A stretch of DNA of 64,000 bases from the human T2T-CHM13v2.0 reference genome, Homo sapiens. The stretch lies in assembly GCF_009914755.1 (NCBI RefSeq), contig NC_060928.1. One strand, given 5' to 3'. A program made the position numbers and the translations under genes. Positions 41,766 to 56,894 of the stretch are shown here, in pieces. The notes beneath the pieces were generated by a model. It was not told the origin of the DNA, did not search any database, and worked only from the letters and a program-made list of their open reading frames with translations. The stretch's first letter is position 1, and each line of letters starts with the position of its first letter.

Positions 41766-42091
41766 ATCCAAAAAGAAATTAGGTTTAAAAAGTGGTGTGT
41801 GAATAAGGTAAACTGTTTATGTATATACCAATTTAACTATAGGGTAATGTCATTTTTAAACTAATTATTTAGTTCTCTATATGAAGTAGAAAGTTAAGGA
41901 TATGATTTCAATTAACCCTAAGGAGTGATGGTAACCTAAATGTAAATCGCTTACTTAAACAGGATCTGGTTTCATCTTGATAACCCAGCTTTAGCACCAA
42001 TAGCATTCAAGGAACCATATTAACATAATGACATTACAAACTAAATACAACAGTATTGCTATACAGGAAGAGAGAGAATAAAAGGCCTATA

Positions 42092-42588
42092 TGTTAGGAG
42101 TGAATTATCCGTGGGTTTCTTATATTTCTGCACATCTTGAGAGCAGAAGCACTGAAGGCCCTTTTTATGGACTATTTTATTGAAGATGTTTTATAGAAAA
42201 GAGTCTTGGAAGATAGAGATAGAATCTTGCTCCAGCATAATAAAGATAATGTCTTCCTCCAAGGCAAAGGAAGGCAAGTTTATGCCCATTATATTATAAA
42301 AGAATCAAGCTTCCTCAGTGTGGGTATCCTGTCTTGTAATGTAATCCATTGCATGTTCTGGTGTCACTTGATTCTTTTCTCACTGCCCAGTGGAAATTTT
42401 GGCTCTGAGAACTGGCACAAATAATAATACTGATTACTGCTGTTGCTGTAAGCAATACTTTTTTTTTTTTTCCTCTGCCCCAGGAGTCCTATGTCTTCTG
42501 CTGGTATCATTGAAACTGTGGCAGAGTAACTTGTTAGTTTCTAAGTAGGATAGAACCTCAAATCTCAGACTCCTAGTGGTTCTTGAAA
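42092..42588 (+). mobile_element. LTR40-like ERVL solo LTR
   Basis: tgttaggag...atttctgcacatcttg...cttggaagatagagatag...taataaagataatgtc resembles LTR40 as recalled. Confidence 0.75.
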
Positions 42589-42986
42589 TTGTCATCTTTT
42601 TATTCCTCTGAAGTTCATTCAATATACTTTTATTAGGCTAATATTTCCAAAGCAAACAATCTATTATTACATTTCTATCAGAATGTTTCAGTGTCTTCCA
42701 GTTAGGTATAGACTAACACCAAGGAATCAAAAGCTTTTTAATTATATTGTTTCATCCCATTTTGTCCAATTAAGTATAGATTCTCACCAAGAAATTAAAA
42801 ACTTTTCATTATATGGCTCCAGCCTGGTTTTAAAAGTTGCATTTCTTGTTCCCCGAACATACCCCATTTTCATATTCCCATCATCTTTCACCTGTTATTG
42901 TCTATCATATGATTATATTGTATTTTCTTTCATTTATGTTATTCTCTAAGAACACTTTAACTTACATAAAGTTGAACAGTTGGTCT

Positions 42987-43364
42987 AGTGGTGGCTATGA
43001 AGCAGCACCTAGATCCCCTTTCAGGGCTGAAGGACTTGTTTTTCCATCTGCTGTAGGTGCCACAGTACTGTCTGTTCTGGCGGTCGACCTTGGACAAGCA
43101 AAGCTTCCTTGCCCAACACCATTCCTCTTTCGCAGAGGCAGCCCATACTGATTGGCTGGCCACTGAAGGGACACTAAGGCTCAGCCTCTCCCCCAAAATT
43201 GGGACAGTTCTGATGGTCATCTGAGCTTCAGACCTTCTCATGGATTTCAGTGATGTCTTTGTTGTGACTACATCACAGTCCTGCTTTTTCCTTTCTTTTT
43301 AATAAATTTCCTGCTGACAAATCTCTATGTAAATGCCTACTGCCTGGGGAGTCCAAACTATAAC
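42987..43364 (+). mobile_element. LTR16-like ERVL solo LTR
   Basis: agatcccccttcaggg-like start, gggacagttctgatggtcatc, aataaa, ending aactataaca. Confidence 0.7.
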
Positions 43365-43374
43365 AGTTACCATT

Positions 43375-43490
43375 CTGCCTTAGAATGCAATCCTTTTGAG
43401 AAAGGGCTTCCGTTTTACTTTGTTGTATTTGTATTAGGCACCTCTAATAATAGTTTTCCCATAAATATTTGTTGAATCAAATTGAACTAA
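43375..43490 (+). mobile_element. L2 3'-terminal fragment
   Basis: ataaatatttgttgaatcaaattgaa terminus. Confidence 0.5.
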
Positions 43491-43659
43491 ATAGGGTAAA
43501 GAAGCTCACCTTGCATTTTGATCATTAGTATGCCAAATAAATGTAGAATATGGAGCCAGAAAGTATCCTCTAACAACACAATAGTGGATATGAAGTGATA
43601 AATATATTTTATAATCCAGAATCCAGAAAGACCTATTACTCAAAAGAAGAGTCAATGGG

Positions 43660-43996
<337 letters not shown>

Positions 43997-46497
43997 TTAC
44001 ACCTATAAAAAGCTAGCTGACTTAACAATTCTTATTTTTTCTATCTAAAAAGAAATAAAATTGTATTTGCCTTACACAAGTGAGGGAATGGTGTTCAGGA
44101 ATAAGTTCAGAGAAAAAGAGGGAATGTATTTATTTACCCTTTCGTTTACTTTCATGTATAAGACTAATGGTCTAAACTGAGTGGTAGAATTCATATGTCT
44201 AAAACCAAATAAGGATGGTTCAACTTTATTTTTTCTTATTGGTCAGAACTATTGTAAGCTTGCTTTTAAAAAGCAATCTTGAGTTTATTATTCTTTTAAG
44301 CAGCCTTGGTGATCAGGGAGAAGGGTGTCATCTCTTATCTTTCTATGACAGATTTCTTTTTTAACTTTTGAGAGTAGGAAACCCTGATCATCTTAGACAT
44401 AAGTTGTCACCACCACCACACCTTTCATTATAGATTCCTATACTGTTAGTCATAGGGGAGATCCTAAACTGAAGGAGAAGACAGTTTACCTTCTGGCATC
44501 TCCAGCACAGCATATACATTCTGAATTTATAGCTGAATAGGTTTCTAAGACCTAGTTCTTAATGTGGAAAGTGTTTGTTGGAGTTTGTGTGGTGTGATAT
44601 TCTAGTGTGCCAAGTGGAGTTAATTAAGAAAGGTTTTTCTGTAAGAATTGAGTCTTGGTGAATGAGAGTGGGGATGGACATAGCCGCAGACAGGCCATTA
44701 TAAATGGGCTTTGGCAATTCAATATGGAGAGCGCTAAAGGTGGGCTCCAGGTAGGGATGTCATATTTGCCTGATTGGATAAGAAAGTGTGATCCAGAGAG
44801 TCACAGAGTGGACTCCAACATCTGGAATGTAATGTATGCCTGGTATTTATAGTCTGCTGAAGTCTGGCTGGTGCTTAGGGAGGAAGGAGTTGGGAGAAGG
44901 GCCTGTAAAGCATATTTAAAAGGTCTTATCTTTGAGAGCCTCTGCATTGGGCTTTACCTCCATTTTATAGTTGTGAATTTGGGGGTTTTATCTTATTTCT
45001 TGCCTGGTTAAAACAAACAGAGCTGAACCCTGATCCCAATTCTTGATTCCAAATCCATTGCTCTTTCTATTGTGTTATTACTATTTCCAGCAGTCGTCAC
45101 CTCACTGGGAAGTCTACCTCTGATCTTTGTGTATCAAACCTGTTTATTTTCTCCTATAATTTTTTTCTTGTTGTTGTACTTTAATTAATTATTAAAAAAT
45201 AAGCAATCTTAAGAAATTATTCTTGAAAAATTTAAGAAATTTTAAAACAATAGCCTAATATAAGATACTCCAAATAGCTCTAAGGAAATAGACATAGGAA
45301 TACTTTGCAAGTAGCAGTTTTGAAAGAAAGCTGAGAATATGAGAAACAATCCCATTATCAAAACCTCCAAGTATATTTCAAAATAACTACCCCCTACCCA
45401 CTTATGTTTTCTCGTTACTTCTTTAAACACTGGAAAGTTTTACATAACTGATACCGTATTGTAAAATGTGTTTTCAGTTTGATAAAATAGCTGCTAGATT
45501 ATAAACAAGTGTTTGCTCTTGGGCTTGTTGAGTACCGTGTTGAATGTCAACAGGTGTGCTTGTTTCATGTTTGGGCTTTGTGGTAAACGATGGATCATGG
45601 CCTTCCATTAAAAAGAATTCTTCATCTTTCAGCTTATATATCATCTATTTTCCCAGTTGAGACTTTAGGTCATTGGCTTTTAACATCAACAATAACAAGT
45701 TTGTGAGCCTGATTGTAGTTTTCTTCCCCCTATGGGTTTTTTTTTGTTTGTTTTTTTTTTTTTTTGTAGATGTAGTTCTACTTGAAATGTTATTCTCAGA
45801 GAAAATATATTGAAAATAGTCATAGTTCTTTGAAAAGGTTGTTCTTTAATTATCAGCTGGTGCATTTCATGTCTAATTTATAATTTATTAGACAACCATT
45901 TATTATTATTTGGCAATACTTACATGCCTCTGTTAACATTTTCATTGCACTTATTTTGTAATACAAAAATAACAAAGGAATGTGAACAATTTCTTTCTCT
46001 TCTAAATTTATACTCATTTCGTGACATTTAGGTTACAACCTATTTGAATTTTTTTCCCCCATTAAAAGTAACAAAAGAATAACAAATGAAACCCTTGAGT
46101 ACTCTGAACAAATATATGATACTTGATGCTTTCCCTATTTTTTTCCCGGCTTCTCATTCTGGGTGGGAATACAGGTGGGACAACTCTTAATTATACAGAA
46201 TCTCCCCAGAAATTGGAGGCTTTTAACATCCTGGGTCCTAGGACGCCTGAAGCATACCCTAGTTGTGAGAACAGTAGTGTGTGCACACATTTCCAATTCC
46301 TTCCAGGAGAAAGAGCCCGGTGCGATCTTCTTACTCAGCTTCTGATTCTACTCCTTATTACTAGTTATCTTAAAGGTTACTATAGCAGTCTTCTTCTGCC
46401 TGTTATCTTCCCTCTCCACTTTTTATTCTCAAGATTCTAACCTTTCCATTTTTTTTTAATGCCGGAATGCCCCTTGCCAAAATACTTCAGCGGCATC

Positions 46498-46946
46498 TGT
46501 ATTAGTCTCCTAGAGCTGCCTTAATAAATGATCACACACTGGGTGACTTCACACAACAGAAGTTTATTTTCTCCTAAATCTGGAGGCCAAAAGTCCGAAA
46601 TCAAGGTTTTGGCAGGGTCATTTCATTTTGGGGGTTCCAAGGGAAAAACCATCCCAATGTCTCTGTCCTAGTTTCTGGTCATTGCCAACCATCCTTGGAA
46701 TTGCTCGTCTTTTAAACACAACACCGTAATCTCTTCCTCCATCTTCAAGTGCTTCTTCTCTATGTTTGTGTCCTTTCTTTCTCTTCCTGTAAGGCTACTT
46801 CCATTAGATTTAGGGCTTACACTAATCCAGCATGATCTAGTTCTTTACCTTTATTACATCTGCAAAGACCCTATTTCCAAATAAGGTTACATTCTGATGT
46901 TCCAGGACGACATGAATTTTGAGAAGACACTATTCGACCCACCACA
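46498..46946 (-). mobile_element. MLT1C-type MaLR LTR
   Basis: tgtattagtctcctagagctgcc...tctggaggccaaaagtccgaaatcaagg...acatctgcaaagaccctatttccaaataagg. Confidence 0.85.
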
Positions 46947-46963
46947 GCACTCATTGTTTTTAA

Positions 46964-47434
<471 letters not shown>

Positions 47435-48068
47435 TATCCCTTGTTCTTAAATACTCCTCACATGATACTTCCTCTCCTTCTTCCTACCATTTTTGTATAA
47501 ACCTCTGGTCCTAGGTTAAACATCACCTTCTTGACTCTGCTATAAGACTCTGTTTAGAGCAGTTGTCCCTCTAATATACTGCTAGAGTGTGTATCCCACA
47601 GCCAATCATTGTGTGTTTGCACTATGGCAAACACTGGAATATAACAGCAAATGAAATGGATTTGATTCCACAAGGCCTGAGGCAAGGATTACATCACCAT
47701 GTGTATACAGAGCATTATCCGTGTCCTCTATATGAATTAATTGCTTAGTTAATGCTAGTTAGTTGTAGGTGTCCTTCATAAATGGCATAGGAGGTATTTC
47801 ACCAATTTATTTACACGTGATTATTTAGGAGCAGTTGCATTAATAATTCTACATTGAAATACTTGTTCTGTATTTTTACTCTTGATTTGGTCTGCTTTTT
47901 AGAGAACCTTTTATTTATACAAAGATAGCACTGTGTTTTCAAGAAATGCCCTTAAAAACTAGTCTTCAGCCTTGCCTTAAAAATGTTAATACTGATTGGT
48001 ATGGTTTCAGACTTCTAAAACTAAATGGAGGCAAACATAGGCTACATATGATAACAACTCCAAACCAC

Positions 48069-48371
48069 TTTTTTTTTTTTTTTTCCTTGAGATGGAGTCT
48101 CACTCTGTCATTCAGGCTGGAGGGCAGTGGCACAATCTCTGCCCACTGCAACCTCCGCCTTCAGAGTTTAAGTGATTCTCATGCCTCAGCCTCCCAAATA
48201 GCTGGGATTATAAACATGTGCCACCACACCTGGCAATTTTTTTGTATTTTTAGTAGACACGGGATTTCACCATGTTGACCATGCTAGTCTTGAACTCCTG
48301 ACCTCAGGTGATCCACCCTCCTCGGCCTCCCAAAGTGCTGGAATTACAGGTGTGAGCCACTGCATCAGGCC
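48069..48371 (-). mobile_element. AluSx-type SINE
   Basis: Full dimer; TSD caaaccac at 48061-48068 and 48372-48379. Confidence 0.95.
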
Positions 48372-50160
48372 CAAACCACCTTTAAAGAATGTGTGAAAAT
48401 TATGGATTCAACTTGACTTTGCGTATAAATTGAAGAGAGGATTTTTGGTTTACCTAAAATATTTCCTCTCCACATAGAATTACCCAAAATCACCGGCCAT
48501 GATCAACCCTAGCCATGGCCAGCAAATTTGAGAGTCCTATGAACTGGAGAGAAATTCTAAGCTTAAATACTACCTAGTGTAAATTTTAAGTTGATCTTCT
48601 CCATCAGGATGTTGGCTGGACCAAGCATTTGGTGAAAATTTCTCCTTAATTAGAAATCAGAAGTAAAAGTTTTGTACTTTAGTAAGGATATTATAAAGCT
48701 TTCAAGGAATACTAGTGATGGATCTTGGAATATATTTAAATGTTCAATAAAATGACAGAAATCTGGATGCTATGGACATAATGTCTTTCCTTCCATGTAT
48801 ATTTGATAAATTTCATATCAGTTTTCAAGATAAAAATCTTATCTTAAAAATTTTTAGTGGAAAACAAGGTAAAAATGTGTGCTTCTTCATCCTTAATCCT
48901 AGGGAATTGGATTAGCCCAATACTTTATATGTTTTGAGTGAGTTAATCAAGCTTTTGCATATTTCACAATTTCTTATATTTAAAAACTCAAAAATGTGTT
49001 TGCTTATTCTGGATCCAGTCAGAATTCTAGAAATGAGCACAAAATGCAAAATAAGATTTTAATTGCAAAAATATAACCATTGGCTTTAAAAAAGATAAAT
49101 ATGGCTTAATACACAGCCTGAGCAAAAATTTACAAAATAACTTATTTTAAAAAAAGTTTCGGAGCTAATGATTAAGAAATAAATCACTACTGAAGTCAAT
49201 ATCTAATGCTTGAAGTTTAGAGTTAATTCAATTGATAAAAGATGGAGAAAGATGAAATCTGACTTTATACCTCCATTTCACAATTATCTGAGAAATTAGT
49301 AGCAGGGTTGAACTGAGGGCCAAAACATTGAAATAAGCTCCTGCATGGAGGAGATGGCAATGTCTGCAGCTCTTACTTCTTGGTAGCAAAATAATTAGGT
49401 AAATAGGCTTCTGATTTATCAGGAGCTTGAATTGTACACAGAAAACATGCAAAGTTTATTAACATGTGGCATTATTTGTATTTGAGAAAAAATGGAAATG
49501 CCATAATTATCCTGATGCCACCATTCCCGATCCTCCCACTCCCAACCCTATTTCTAGGCTGTGAATTATCCCTCTGAATGAAGGCCTAGAAATGCCTCTT
49601 TGAGGTAAGTGTTCAGTGTTGACTTGACTTCGCTACGGACTACAAGGTTCCAAAGACTTGGAGAAGACAGTCCAGTAACAGTAAATTTCTAGCTGTTGTT
49701 TCGTTTTTTGAGGTGTGTGAACACAAAATATATTTTGAATTTATAATTGGGACATTTAGGACAGGGAGAAGATTCCTTATGCATTTTCTGATAGTAAATA
49801 AAAGTTAAATAAATTATTCTATTTGGCTTGGTTCCAAAAAAGGCTTACCTATTACCAAGTGAAGAATTATTGAGCATTTCTTTGTGAAGTGATAATTTGG
49901 CATGCAGTCGTCTCCAAAACATAATTGCCAAAATATTAATAAAATTGAGTTGATTTGTAGGTTTCTGTAAAGCAATTCATTGAAATGCAATGGGTCTGGT
50001 CTTTTTTTAAAGTCCTATATTTGAATATTATAAAAAAATATAGGATTTTGATATGTAACCAAAAATTGTTTTGTTGGATAACAAACTATGGCAAAACTTA
50101 GCTAGCTGCCTTAAATTAACAGTCATTTTAGTCACATTTTCCACAAGTAAGCCTGTTGGC

Positions 50161-50205
50161 TGTGTGTGTCTGTGAGTGTGTTTGTGTGTGTATGTGTGTG
50201 TGTGT
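50161..50205. repeat. Imperfect (TG)n
   Basis: Seen directly. Confidence 0.85.
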
Positions 50206-50470
50206 GGTCTGGGATGGTTCAGCTAGGTTACCTAGGACGGCCTCACCCACATGTCTGAGGCTTTAGGGGAGAGACTTGGGCCTTCCAACTCATGGTCTCT
50301 CATACTTTAAGAAACTGCCCAGGCTTGAATCCACTGTGGTGCAATAATTCTCTGAAGCAAGACCCATTGTGTGAGCATTTTTTCAGCCTCTGCTTCTGTC
50401 ATGTTTGTTAATATCCCGTTTTCCAAAGTTATTCACATGCCAAACAGAAACAAGCTCCACCTCTACAACT
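50206..50470 (-). mobile_element. Old MLT1-type LTR fragment
   Basis: ggcctcacccacatgtctg...agcctctgcttctgtcatgtttgttaatatcccg...caaagttattcacatg. Confidence 0.5.
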
Positions 50471-51562
50471 TGTAGTTTTGCAACATATATATGCCATATA
50501 TGTTCATACATATATATGTGTGTGTGCATATAGCACATTAGTATTTAAAACTACTAATGTATTTTATATATTTTCTTTTGGGATTATAGCAATTTAACAT
50601 ATGGCATCTATATGACTATATTATATTTCATAAATCATTTCAATATTAAATGATACTTCTAACTTAGTATTGTCAATTTCTTTAGCTAAGCAATATGTTT
50701 ATTACTTTTGAATATTATGTTGTCCTAGGATTATAGCTTTGTACTGAGTTGTCTTTCAGACAATTAGATTTATTGTTTGCCTGTTTGATCAGAAAAGAGA
50801 GCCTGTGGGTCATTTGATACATAGCAAATTCCATGATAATAAATTATACCTGGTCATATAAATAGAAGATTCTACTATATTTTTTAAACTATATTTATTT
50901 CAAACTTTGAAATTTTAAAAAGCAAAATACTAGATAGAAAATGTATTAGTGGTTTGGATTTAGGTATATTTGGACTTGAACTAGCAATGTGAGTTTATAG
51001 AATTAACTTTTTATAACATTAAAATTGCAATCTATTAAATTGGAAATGTCTGGCAAAGGATATTCCTGTAAACTATTCTAGAAATGCTCAAAGTCATGTA
51101 ATTCTAGAAGCTCATTTTTTCATAGAGAGATAATCAATTCTGTTTTGGCAAAGTAATGTTCTACAGTAGATTTCTGGAAGCTATTTATCTGAATTACTAA
51201 ATACAACAGAATAATAGTATAATCGAATTTCTTCTTAAAAAGGAATTGTGTCAGAATAATAAAGTATATTATGATGAAATGTATTACTGTAATCTAACAA
51301 AAATATAAAACTATGCAATTATTAAAGAGTATTCTATTTTCATTGAATGCTACTCTTAATTCAGTTTCTATCCTCCCTCCTCCCCAACATACACACACTT
51401 CTATGAAGCTGACCCACTTCACATTTTTAGCAGAGGAAGGGAAGTTGTATGTGGGAGAAGTGTCAGATATAGTGTTTCTAAGTTTGTAATTTTATACTGT
51501 TTTGTCTTAATTCTAACATATTTTATGATATGTCTTCTTTTGGAGAAAAAAGGAGGAGGGCG

Positions 51563-52008
51563 TGTATCAGTTTGCTAGGGCTGCCATAAGGAAGTACCAC
51601 AAACTAGAAGGCCCAAAACAATAGAAATGTATTTTCTCAGGGTTCTGCAGTCTAGAACTTTGACACTAAAATGATGGTAGGACCATTGTCCTCTGATAAC
51701 TCTACAAGGTGATGCCTCCTTGCTTCTTCCAGCTTCTGGTAGGCCTGGGGGTTCCTTGGCTTGTGGCAGCATCAGGTCAATTTCTGTCACGTTTTCACAT
51801 GGATACTGTCTCTGTGTCTGTCTGTGTCCAAATTTTTCTCTTATAAACCTAGTAGTCCTATTGAATTAAGGCCCATCATAATTCAGTATGAACTCATCTT
51901 AACCTGACTGTATCTGCAATGAACCCATTTCCAAATAAAGCTACATTCTTGGGTACCAGGGATTAAGACTTCAACATATCTTTTTAGGGGGACAGAATTC
52001 AATCCACA
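51563..52008 (-). mobile_element. MLT1C-type MaLR LTR
   Basis: tgtatcagtttgctagggctgccataag...ttccagcttctggtagg...gattaagacttcaacatatctttt...aattcaatccaca. Confidence 0.85.
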
Positions 52009-52284
52009 GCAGGACCTAAGGAAGAGCAGTGTTAAAACTTTTGCATTAATTGATACTATAGATGTTCAGTAAATAATAATTATTGTTATTATCGTTATAG
52101 AGACATGTGTTTGTCACTTATATGGTACCAAGTTTTCTTTTAAATATTTTGTAAGCATTTACTCTTTCATTGAACTGAAATGAGAAGCCAAGGGTCTTAT
52201 CCTGAAGTGATAACATACAGATTAGCAAATTCTGTTTTAGACTATAAAAGGCATTCTTATAATGAGACATTTTGTTTTTGCAAT

Positions 52285-52484
<200 letters not shown>

Positions 52485-53399
52485 TAATAATCCGTGTATT
52501 CTGAAAGTTTTTGATGTCTGTGAAGTTTTGACTTGCAAAATATTCTAGTAGTTTACAATTTCTCAGTAGGCTTATTTAAACTTTGTTTATTATTAAGAAT
52601 TGAACCAGTTCCAGACACCATTACCAATGAAATCAGGCCCACCATAGCAGCTGAAGTCGACCATTTATTACATGCACTTCATTTGAGTCTTATTAATGCT
52701 GACATCTGTTCAAGTCTTCATTACCATATTACCACAACTGGTCCCTTGTCACATTTATCCTGATTCTTTGTAGCATAAACACAAAAGAGAAAAATACATT
52801 TCCAACTAATGATAATGTTATTTGTAAATGAGATATATTCAAAGAATGATTTTCCACATATTGGACACATGCTATTCATTTCTCAATTTTATTTTTACCT
52901 TTAGACAAAAAAATTTTAAATACTGAATTATAAACAAGATTTAAAATTTTATTCATGAAACTAAAAGTATGTTTTAATACACAGCTATACAAGACAATTA
53001 CTTAAGCATACATTTAAGCAATGTAATTAATAAAATATTTTCTTTGTGAGTTTGAGATATGTTACTTTTATGAATTTTGCAATAGCCTAATGAAAGAATA
53101 AAAATTACGTAATTTTTGCAATGATCATTCATTCATCATTTTTAGTAGCAACACAATTCTATGATATGTTATGGTTGTAACAGTGGCTTTTTCAATGATG
53201 CTTTCTTAATGACACTTTAAAAATTACACTAATAGTCTCTCACGGCAAGGTTGGCTGTATGTATTTTTTGTAGGCTTTATAATATCACCTGAGTCTATTA
53301 TTACCTCTGACATTTTTCTAGAGGCCAGTTAACTTGTTTATATTCAAACACCGAGTGGGAAATGCCAGCATCAATCACCGTTTCTACCTGTAATGCATA

Positions 53400-53620
53400 G
53401 TGATAATAGCAACCACGGGTAGTAAGCACTTTGCTAAGTATTGGGCTTAAATGATTCCAGTTATTTTCCTCAATAAGACTGTATTATAGGTATTCCCATT
53501 TCCTTGAGGACAAGAGTAATAAGTAATTTTCTAGAAGTCATGCTTTAGTAGATATATTTGAAATTAGCACCCAGGATATCTGACTCCAGAATATGTCCTC
53601 CCAAGTGTGATGCTCTACCC
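53400..53620 (-). mobile_element. MIR fragment
   Basis: aagcactttgctaag...cccaggatatctgactccaga. Confidence 0.5.
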
Positions 53621-54153
53621 TACTCATCATAATGGTTCTGCCTGAAAATAATTATTATGTGCCTACCATATACTTATCTCCAACACTATTATTACTGAGT
53701 GGCCTAAAAAAGAAGGAAAAGTAGGTATCCTTTTCTTTAGGGTAGGGAAGACATACAAAGGTGAAGCTACTGAAATTAATTATAATAGCAGTATATAACA
53801 TGGTGAATCCTTGTCTTGAAAATGTAGTCAAGAGATTAGGCTGAACTGGGGCTAGTTTTTCATTGAATTGGAACTTAAAAGACATACTAGAGAAAAGCAA
53901 AAGCAAAAGAAAGTCATACTGGGTGGACAAAAGGGCAAGGGCTAGACCTAAAGAGAATAAAAACAAGCATTTGAAAATCAGTGAATGAAAGACACTCTAC
54001 AAAAGAACTTGCTCTATTTTAGGTAGTACCTTTCAAAGTCACCTTTCAATTTTGAAATATGGTAAACTCAACAATTGACTATAACTATTAGTAACTAAAA
54101 TTATTATATCTCAAGTATTTTTTGAAAAATAGTTCAAATTATCAAAATTTTGA

Positions 54154-54525
<372 letters not shown>

Positions 54526-55635
54526 ACAGGCAGCAAATTCTTAACAGACACTATAGAATGAGCTTAATAGAAAATTTGTGTCGTTACATAATTTGCATTT
54601 ATGGACTGCTTCTAGAAGATGTGAAAAATAGAGGAAAGAATATGCGTTGAGGTCAAATTTTATAAATCAATGTTTTCCTAAATATACATGTATTGACTAT
54701 CTCTGCTACACCAGAGAATGCTGTTTCTGCAGGACATTAACAAGGGATAAACATGTAATAATTTCCATGTATAAACACATTTGAGATAGGGTGTTCAAAA
54801 ATTACATAGGTTTTGTATGGTGTATCCACTGAATACTTCTAATGAGCTGAGAGATATTGGTAAAGTTAACAAGAAGAGTATAACATGCAGCGTTTCTCAA
54901 AATTACTATACTACGCACTATTTTGATAGCGGGTTATGGTGACTGCATTAGGATAAATCTGCATTCTCAAGATTTTTGGGGTAAAGAGATATGTGGTCAT
55001 ATCCTATGAAATAACTGTGAGTCGTTTAGGAAAGACTTAGACATCGTGAACCCATGTGATGTGGACCATGAGTGAATGAAAGGTTTGGAAAATGGAATAT
55101 GTCATTCATAACATGAAACTTTCAGGTGAAAGATTCTCAGGAACAAAAATCTCTAAAGAATACAAGAAAAATGTTCATGAGAGAAAAATCAGTTTTAACC
55201 ATTTCTCAGACCCAAAGAGCATGAAATCTATCGAATCAAGTCAGAAGTATTCTATCACCTTACCAGTTTTCTCTCCTTTCTTCCAATAATGTTCAAAACT
55301 GCAACTAGAAACTAAGGAAACAGGTGAAAAAGAGAGGGAGCAGAAGCCGGCTGCATTTCCTTTTACTGATTAATATATCTGCCAGCTATGACTCTGGGCA
55401 TTCAGAAGAAGGAGAGTAAGCCTTAGCCTCAAATGGCATTGAAGCAGATTGATTCATGTTTTCATATATTAATTAATAGGTGATTATTTAATCCAAATTT
55501 TATGCTGTGACTTAAAGAGATTGTACAACCATTTATTATCCAAAAATGAAAAGAACAGTTAATGATGTCACCAATTTTAAATTATTGGTCTGAGTTATTA
55601 CCCTGAAAGTATAAATGTTAAATAAGGAAGAGTAG

Positions 55636-56005
55636 TATATTAGTTTTCTAGGACTGCCATAATAAAGTACCACAGACTGGGTGGCTTAAATAACAGAATT
55701 TTATTCTTTCACAGTTCTGTAGGTTAGAAGTCCAAGATTAAGATGCCAGCAGGATTGGTTTCTTCTGTGGCCTCACTCCTTGGGGTGTAGATGGCTGTCT
55801 TCTCTCTGCGTCTTCACGTGGTTTTTCCTTCTGTATGTGTCTGTGTGCCTGTCCTCTTCCTATAAGGACACCAGTCATATTGAATGAGGACCCACTCATT
55901 TTAACTTTAAAGAGCCTATCTGTAATTACAGTCACATCTGATGTACTGGGGATTAGGATTTCAACACACAAATTTTGTGAGGGTGACACAACTCACCCCA
56001 TGGCA
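55636..56005 (-). mobile_element. MLT1A0-type MaLR LTR
   Basis: ggactgccataataaagtaccacagactgggtggcttaaataacagaa...gattaggatttcaacac. Confidence 0.85.
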
Positions 56006-56233
56006 GGTAGAAAGTTACAATTCCATCAAGTCATATTCAATGCATCTGTTGCATATTGTTATATTCTCTGATATATCAAACTACTTTTGATTTTCTGGAA
56101 TTAATCCAGCTTGGTTATTGAATAATTGCTCCTACGATGTATTTCTAGATTCTAATATAATTTTTAAATCTATAATCACAAGATAGATTGGCTTACTGTT
56201 TTGTTTTGAATATATTATTTAGGGTTTGTAATA

Positions 56234-56375
56234 TTAGGTTGCCGTAAAAGTAATTGTGGTTTTTGCCATGGCAAAAAGTAATTGCAGTTTTGCTCTCATG
56301 AGCATTTTTCTTGTATTCTTTAGAGATTTTTGTTCCTTTGAATGGCAAAAACCGCCATTACTAACACCAACCTAA
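56234..56375. mobile_element. MADE1 (Hsmar1 MITE) with internal rearrangement
   Basis: TIRs ttaggttgccgtaaaagtaattgtggtttttgccat and atggcaaaaaccgccattac...caccaacctaa; TA flanks. Confidence 0.9.
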
Positions 56376-56549
56376 TATACATTATGTTGGCAAATCTGTG
56401 GCAACACATTAGAAAATCTACAGAAAATGGGTGATTTTCATAGCAAAATTGCATTAAAATATCAAGAAGAAATGAAAATCTTAGATAAAATATTTAAAAA
56501 TTGTGACATATTTACCATTTTAAAATATTCTAGGAATATGTGAGTTGTT

Positions 56550-56894
56550 ATATATACTAACTATTAATACTTTCTGCTACAACACCCTTAAAAACCACAG
56601 TGATTAAAAAGTGTATATTAAGTAAATTCTGTGATGTTCTCATTGGGTGAGACTTTTGTGGCTCTTCTCCAAGAATTGGCTGAATTCACCCAGATATCAA
56701 GCAGGCAGGAATCAGAAAAGGAGGGTGTTTAGGGGAGATATGTCCACTCTAAACTGCCTCAGTAGCACCCCATCAGCTCAGCTCACATTTCAACTGTAAA
56801 GCACATCTCCACATGAGGGGCTAATTATGGTAGTTCAGCTGTGTGTCCAAGAGAAAGAAACAAGTTTCTTGAGCAGTGAGTTGGTCCCTGCCAC
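56550..56894 (-). mobile_element. Old MLT1 (J-like) LTR
   Basis: aaaaccacagtgattaaaa...gtagttcagctgtgtgtccaagaga...cctgccaca. Confidence 0.5.

Noticed and set aside
45470-45600. Forkhead-like motifs (ataaacaa, gtaaac) in unique sequence
   Set aside because: Short AT-rich motifs are frequent by chance here; no other support.
54886-55620. Possible old DNA transposon or LTR relic starting cagcgtttctcaaa
   Set aside because: I could not find a matching terminus or assign a family.
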